Positions 58,303-62,434 of a stretch of 62,434 bases of DNA are shown here, piece after piece. Where the stretch lies: the NCBI GenBank assembly GCA_018304025.1, contig JAGVXA010000012.1, positions 1-62,434 of the forward strand, written 5' to 3'. The DNA comes from Candidatus Pacearchaeota archaeon (GTDB taxonomy: Archaea; Nanobdellota; Nanobdellia; Pacearchaeales; GW2011-AR1). The notes below the pieces were generated by a model. That model was given only the letters and a program-made list of their open reading frames with translations. It had not been told where the DNA came from and ran no database searches. The position numbers and the translations under genes were made by a program. The number at the start of each line of letters is the position of its first letter. Position 1 is the stretch's first letter.

Positions 58303-58359
58303 AAAGAGTTAGGTTTTTATTCTCCTTTTTCTTTAGAATCTGACATAAAAGGAGATGAA

Positions 58360-59502
58360 ATGAAATTCAAAACAATAGATGATTTTAATTTTTCCGGGAA
58401 AAGAGTTTTAGTCAGAGTTGACTTGAATTCTGAAGTCAGCGACGGAAAAATACAAATGAGCGACAGGATTTCCGAGAGCGCGAAGACAATTGCTGAGCTT
58501 TGCAAGAAGGGCGCGCGGGTTGTTGTGCTGGCGCATCAGGGCAGATTAGGCGATGAAGATTTTACTTCTTTAGAGCAGCACGCTAAATTATTGAATAAAA
58601 TTGTGAAGATTAAATTTGTCGACGATGTTATCGGGGAGAAAGCGCTTTCGGAGATTAGTTCGTTGAAAGACGGACAGGCGATTTTGCTGGAGAATGTCCG
58701 CGGATTGAAAGAAGAATCTGACGGCGGGGCTGAAAACAATTTAGTCAGGACTTTGGCTGGGCATTTTTATTTGTATGTTAACGACGCTTTTTCTGTTTCG
58801 CACAGGGAACAGACGTCGATAACTGGCTTTCCAAAAGTTTTGCCTTCTTGCATCGGAAGAACAATGGAACAGGAATTGAATGCCTTGGGGCATTTGGATA
58901 AAATGAAAAATGCTTTGTTTATTCTTGGAGGTTCGAAGACAGACAATGTTTTATTGATGAAGAAGAAAAAAGTTATTACCTGCGGGGTTTACGGGCATCT
59001 TTGTTTAGTTGCCAAGGGAAATGATTTGGGTGCGCAAAATAAATTTCTTGAGAAGACAGTTAAAGATTATTCTGCTGTTCTTGCGGATTTGAAGAAAGTT
59101 GTTCTTGGAGTTCGGACGCCGATGGATTTGGCTGTTAATGCTAACGGGCGGCGGAAAGAGTTAGCGATTTCAGAGTTTCCGTCGGAATATGAGGTTTTTG
59201 ATATTGGCTCGCGAACTATTTCTTTGTATAAAGATTTGATAAAAAATTCAGAGGCGGTTTTTATGAAGGGGACTGCAGGGTATTGCGAGGATGCAAAGTT
59301 TTGTTTTGGTACTCGGGAGTTATTGAATGCGATTGCTTCTTCGAAATGTTTTTCGGTTTTGAGCGGAGGGCATACTTCAACTGCCTTGAAAAAATTTGGG
59401 ATTCCCAAGAAAAAATTTGATTATGTTTCGTTGAGCGGTGGGGCGCTGGTTTGGTATTTGGTTGGGAAGAAATTGCCGGGATTGGAGGCGTTGAGGAAAT
59501 GA
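58360..59502 (+). CDS. pgk: Phosphoglycerate kinase
   Basis: VRVDLN, AHQGR, LLENVR, NDAFS.SHR, DIG, GGHT, SLSGGA. Confidence 0.95.
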   Translation: MKFKTIDDFNFSGKRVLVRVDLNSEVSDGKIQMSDRISESAKTIAELCKKGARVVVLAHQGRLGDEDFTSLEQHAKLLNKIVKIKFVDDVIGEKALSEISSLKDGQAILLENVRGLKEESDGGAENNLVRTLAGHFYLYVNDAFSVSHREQTSITGFPKVLPSCIGRTMEQELNALGHLDKMKNALFILGGSKTDNVLLMKKKKVITCGVYGHLCLVAKGNDLGAQNKFLEKTVKDYSAVLADLKKVVLGVRTPMDLAVNANGRRKELAISEFPSEYEVFDIGSRTISLYKDLIKNSEAVFMKGTAGYCEDAKFCFGTRELLNAIASSKCFSVLSGGHTSTALKKFGIPKKKFDYVSLSGGALVWYLVGKKLPGLEALRK

Positions 59503-59603
59503 AGAAAAAAATAAATTGGGACGATGTTGCTTTTTGGATTATTACTATAACTTTAATAATTGTGATAGGATATTTATTCATAACAGGGAGGGCGTTTGAA
59601 TGA
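59499..59603 (+). CDS. 34-aa single-TM peptide (paralog of 45425)
   Basis: MKKKINWDDVAFWII...IVIGY; ATGA overlaps on both sides. Confidence 0.55.
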   Translation: MKKKINWDDVAFWIITITLIIVIGYLFITGRAFE

Positions 59604-59839
59604 ACTGGAAGAATTTGCTTTTTTGGATATTATCATTACTTGCAGCAATTTTATTATTATGGAATATATTCGGAAATAGTCCGAGCGAATTTATTACTTT
59701 AATTACAATTATTTTTGCGATGGTTGTAAAAATGTGGACTTTAAGCGATAGGCAAATTAAGTCAGAGATGAGGATGAAGGAAGGATTTAATAAAATAAAA
59801 GACGATATGGATTTAATAAAAAAGAAGTTGAAAGTTTAA
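59600..59839 (+). CDS. Small 2-TM protein (paralog of 45520)
   Basis: LFWI...W.IFGNSP. Confidence 0.75.
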   Translation: MNWKNLLFWILSLLAAILLLWNIFGNSPSEFITLITIIFAMVVKMWTLSDRQIKSEMRMKEGFNKIKDDMDLIKKKLKV

Positions 59840-59840
59840 A

Positions 59841-60782
59841 ATGAAATACGATATAATAACATTAGGCGGGGCAGTTGTCGACGCATTTGTGGAGATGGAC
59901 GTGGCTAAAAAAAATGGCATGCTGAGTTTTCCTGCTGACGAGAAAATGCTCATGAAAGATTTGGATTTTTACACTGGCGGCGGCGGAACAAATACTGCGG
60001 CTGCGTTTTCCAAGATGGGTTTGAAAACAGGCTGCATTGCTGAATTGGGGAGGGACAATAACGCTGAAATAATTTTGAAAGAATTGAAAAAATTTAATGT
60101 TGATTTTTTGGGGACGCGGGGAAAAGAACCGACGGGTTTTTCTGTTATTTTAACTGGGCGGGGCAAGAGCAGAACGATTTTGCAGAAAAAAGGAGCGAAT
60201 GAAACTTTGTCTTTTAGGGAATTGAATCTGAGCAAGTTAAAGACCAAATGGTTTTATTTTTCGTCATCTATTGGGGAGACTTTGAAGACGCAGAAAAAAT
60301 TATCTTCGTGGGCGCGGAAACGCGGGATTAAAATTGCTTACAATCCGAGCAGTTATTTGACTAAGCAAGGCGCGCGGAATCTTCGGGGATTGCTGAGAAA
60401 TGTTGATGTTTTGATTTTGAACAAAGAGGAAGCTTCGGATCTTGTCGGGAAAAGAAGTTTTAGCGGGCTGCATGCGCTTGGGCCGAAGATTGTCTGCATT
60501 ACCGACGGGGCGAACGGAAACCAGGCCTCTGACGGGAAAAAAATTTATTTTGTTGGGGCGAGGAAAATTAAAGTTGTTGAAAGAACGGGCGCGGGAGATG
60601 CTTTTGCGTCGGGTTTTGTTGCCTGTCTGATTAAAACTGGAAAGATTGAAGATGCTGTCAGAATCGGGAGCTTGAATGCAGAATCTGTGATTAAAATTCG
60701 GGGGGCGAAGAATGGGCTTTTGGGGTGGGGGAGGGCGAGGAGAGAGATGGGGAAGATTAAAGTTAAGATTGGGAAATTATAA
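59841..60782 (+). CDS. PfkB/ribokinase-family carbohydrate kinase
   Basis: GGGGTNTA, ILNKEEA, TDG.NG, ERTGAGDAF. Confidence 0.92.
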   Translation: MKYDIITLGGAVVDAFVEMDVAKKNGMLSFPADEKMLMKDLDFYTGGGGTNTAAAFSKMGLKTGCIAELGRDNNAEIILKELKKFNVDFLGTRGKEPTGFSVILTGRGKSRTILQKKGANETLSFRELNLSKLKTKWFYFSSSIGETLKTQKKLSSWARKRGIKIAYNPSSYLTKQGARNLRGLLRNVDVLILNKEEASDLVGKRSFSGLHALGPKIVCITDGANGNQASDGKKIYFVGARKIKVVERTGAGDAFASGFVACLIKTGKIEDAVRIGSLNAESVIKIRGAKNGLLGWGRARREMGKIKVKIGKL

Positions 60783-60965
60783 GTATACTTTTTTTGATTG
60801 ATAATTATGACAGGAGTTGCAGAATAATTCTGAAAGGGACATTGAAGAATTAAGAATTAGATTAAATTTTTCTTATGCCGGGTTTATAGAACAGCTTGAC
60901 GAACTTGACAGGAATAGGGCGGTTAGCTTAAAATTTCTAGACGAAACTGTTTTTGATATTTAGAA

Positions 60966-61811
60966 TTAATCTTCATCATCCTGCAAACTTTTTAGCGCGT
61001 CTTGTTCTTCTTTTAATCTTTTCTGGGCGTCTTTTATTCTCTTGATTTTTTCTATTCTTGAACGGACGTTTTCAATTTCTGCTTCTGTTTTTAAGAGTTC
61101 CTCGTCGATTGGAGTGGCTGATTTTGGCTTGGGCATTATCTGCCCTGAATGTCTCATGTGCTGAACTTTTGGCAGATACGCTGGCGGCGCGCTGCTTAAG
61201 AAAGATCTTCTTACAAGAAATACGACGACAATTGCAATAACTGCTGCTATTCCTACGACCCAGATTGTTGTTTTGGAAGAGAGCCAGTCGCTATTCTTGA
61301 AAATTGCCAAGCCAGTTATTCCTGGTTCGCTTGAAATGTTTTGCATCATTTCTTCAATTGTTTCGTTTACTGTTTCTTCGGTTGTTTGGTTGGTTTCTTC
61401 TTCGACTGTTTGATTGGCAGTTTCAACTGTTTCGTTTTTTATTTCTAAGGTCCTGTAATCTTCGTTTACTTTTCCAGGTATAATCTGGAGATAAAGGGGT
61501 TCGGACATGGACTTTTTACTAAAATATTCAGACATAATTTTTTCATTACCGTTATTTATCTGCACATACAAGTCAATTTCGTTATAATTGTTAGAGGAGA
61601 AAGTAGCTGAAGCCAAACCGCTTGTGTCTGCTGTTTTTTTGATGGATTCCAGTAATTGGTAATCGTCTGAAGGCTCGGCGACATTTATGAAGACGACGTG
61701 GTTTGGGTAGGTTTTGATGTTAATCTCTAATGTTGCTGCGGTTACAACTGGCAAGATTGATAATAAAATCAACAAGAAAATTAATTTTTTCGCCATCTTC
61801 TTTGGATTCAT
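60966..61811 (-). CDS. Membrane protein with signal peptide, acidic linker, TM and coiled coil
   Basis: ET..QT repeats, GITGLAI, TM, C-terminal heptads. Confidence 0.7.
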   Translation of the reverse strand: MNPKKMAKKLIFLLILLSILPVVTAATLEINIKTYPNHVVFINVAEPSDDYQLLESIKKTADTSGLASATFSSNNYNEIDLYVQINNGNEKIMSEYFSKKSMSEPLYLQIIPGKVNEDYRTLEIKNETVETANQTVEEETNQTTEETVNETIEEMMQNISSEPGITGLAIFKNSDWLSSKTTIWVVGIAAVIAIVVVFLVRRSFLSSAPPAYLPKVQHMRHSGQIMPKPKSATPIDEELLKTEAEIENVRSRIEKIKRIKDAQKRLKEEQDALKSLQDDED

Positions 61812-62102
61812 AGCTATCTCTCCTTTATAAATTTTTTTGTGATTTTTGCCTCATTAAATTTTTTGAGGGAAATTCATTATTTGGGTAATATCATTAAGGG
61901 GAATAATTATTTGAATAGAGTCGAAAAATTAGCCTTCGCTAATTTCCGAGAATTTAACGACATGAATTTGATAGCAACTATTATTTATTTGTTTTACTTT
62001 TTAGTTTTGATTTCGGTAAGATTAAATATTGGGAGTTTTTTCTTTTATTGTTCACATGGCACAATCGCGTTAGCTCAAATGCTATGTGGAACGGAGAGTC
62101 AA

Positions 62103-62184
62103 GCCCACATGGCACAATGGTACTGCGCGCGCCTCGAGAGCGCGTTTCCTTCGGGATTTCCAGGTTCGATTCCTGGTGTGGGCG
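62103..62184 (+). tRNA. tRNA-Ser(CGA)
   Basis: GCCCACA/TGTGGGC acceptor stem, CGCGC-CTCGAGA-GCGCG anticodon arm, long variable arm, GGTTCGATTCC. Confidence 0.93.
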
Positions 62185-62434
62185 TTTATAGCTGAACCTG
62201 GCTTTGATTCGCTCTTGCTCGGGTACTCGCTAGGTGACGAATACGTCCCCATACGTCGCCGGAATACCAGCGCCGAGCGGCGAACAAAGTGGTTCGATTC
62301 CTGGTGTCGGCGTTTATCGAGATTAATTTCTTATTATGTCGTATCCGATAATTATTTCCTAACGACAAATTAAACTGTTTCTTTATTTTCATTCTTTTCT
62401 CCTTTTCCTTTCAAATGCCTGTGCTGGAGTTTCC

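Overview
AT-rich archaeal chromosome segment, most consistent with a DPANN lineage such as Pacearchaeota or Woesearchaeota. This is inferred from rpl10e, rpl35ae, archease/RtcB, BHB-intron tRNAs, a class III signal-peptide pilin, and bacterial-type GAPDH, NagB and DisA. It holds 7 tRNAs (4 with canonical 37/38 introns), ppsA, a sugar/glycolysis cluster (GT4s, nagB, PIG-L, GH100-like, fba, tpiA, ROK, two gap copies, pgk, PfkB) interleaved with secreted proteins, and no CRISPR array or intact transposase. Most striking signals: (1) a family of ~90-290 bp nested stem-loop elements, all in one orientation, three of which sit in-frame inside genes and translate as (I/V)N...(I/T)PK; (2) three tRNAs preceded by a hairpin built from a copy and an anti-copy of that tRNA's own 5' end around a shared loop, plus other tRNA end/intron echoes; (3) two IS903-like MITEs with 9-bp TSDs at stop codons; (4) a Cys-x-(I/L)-Thr-(K/R)-Ala-(Y/R)-Trp tag at the C- or N-terminus of five secreted proteins with mostly unrelated bodies, two of them in a tandem leader+passenger+gap duplication. 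All product calls come from motif recognition; no database search was run.
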